NCBI GenBank assembly: GCA_002269645.1
Contig: NIVC01000109.1
Span: 248,001 to 312,000, forward strand
From: Macrostomum lignano
Lineage: Eukaryota
Direction: 5' to 3'
DNA length: 64,000 bases
Below the pieces are notes generated by a model, which made no database searches, was not told where the DNA came from, and saw only the letters and a program-made list of their open reading frames with translations. How positions within the stretch are numbered: the stretch's first letter is position 1; each line of letters begins with the position of its first letter. A program made the translations under genes and the position numbers. Below, piece after piece: positions 63,629 to 64,000 of the stretch.

Positions 63629-64000
63629 TATTATAGTAAGCAAATAGGGAATAGCAAATGGGCAAAAAAGCAAAAAGCAAATGACAAAAAAATAAGGAAA
63701 TAGCTCAATCGGAATATTAGACAAATTCTATTCTGATATCGAAGGAAATGTAACTGAATTGGAATTTCGCGCTATTAAGTAAGAGTTCAGTGTAAGTAAA
63801 GGCCCAGTGTACGTGATTTTAGTCAAAAAAATAACTTGAGCCTCCACCCCCCCCCCCCGACTCCTCAAATACTGAAATTACTCCAAATGATAGCTGGCTT
63901 AAATGTGCGAACGCAATCCCCCAATTTTATCTGAAAGTTAAAAATAAGGTTACGCAATCTTAATAAACCCTCCAATACACAGCGACCGACCCCCCTCCAA

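Larger units (their letters stand above)
56433..64000 (-). mobile_element. Autonomous-type Helitron; 5' end beyond the window
   Basis: Rep/helicase gene, plus a probable 3' terminus with the perfect palindrome CTCCTCCGGAGGAG (56445-56458) followed by GAGTTGGCCTCG, abutting the H4 5' end. Confidence 0.85.

Overview
Eukaryotic, intron-rich DNA from an invertebrate animal. GC-rich exons and minisatellite-filled introns suggest a free-living flatworm such as Macrostomum, but that assignment is inference. From left to right the window holds four blocks. (1) A complete 23-exon gene (2421-18387, +) for a ~1871-aa secreted protein: signal peptide, EGF, one cadherin domain, a furin site, ~7 copies of a ~190-aa beta-rich repeat, an F5/8 type C domain and an Asp-box tail. 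(2) A 5-exon metabotropic glutamate receptor gene (19239-28823, +). (3) A tandem minus-strand cluster of three apparently intact plus one 5'-truncated NF-kB/Rel-like genes (~30.7-43.0 kb). Each is only RHD + IPT + basic NLS + stop; two paralogs have near-identical RHD exon cores but different DNA-recognition loops, and one intron is present or absent among paralogs. (4) A head-to-tail and partly inverted array of non-autonomous Helitrons (43.3-56.4 kb), each carrying minisatellites, three of them with a tRNA-like A/B-box module, directly downstream of an intron-containing Rep/helicase Helitron (56.4 kb to window end) with one frameshift. All exon boundaries were read by eye from GT/AG sites and phase compatibility; no database searches were run.
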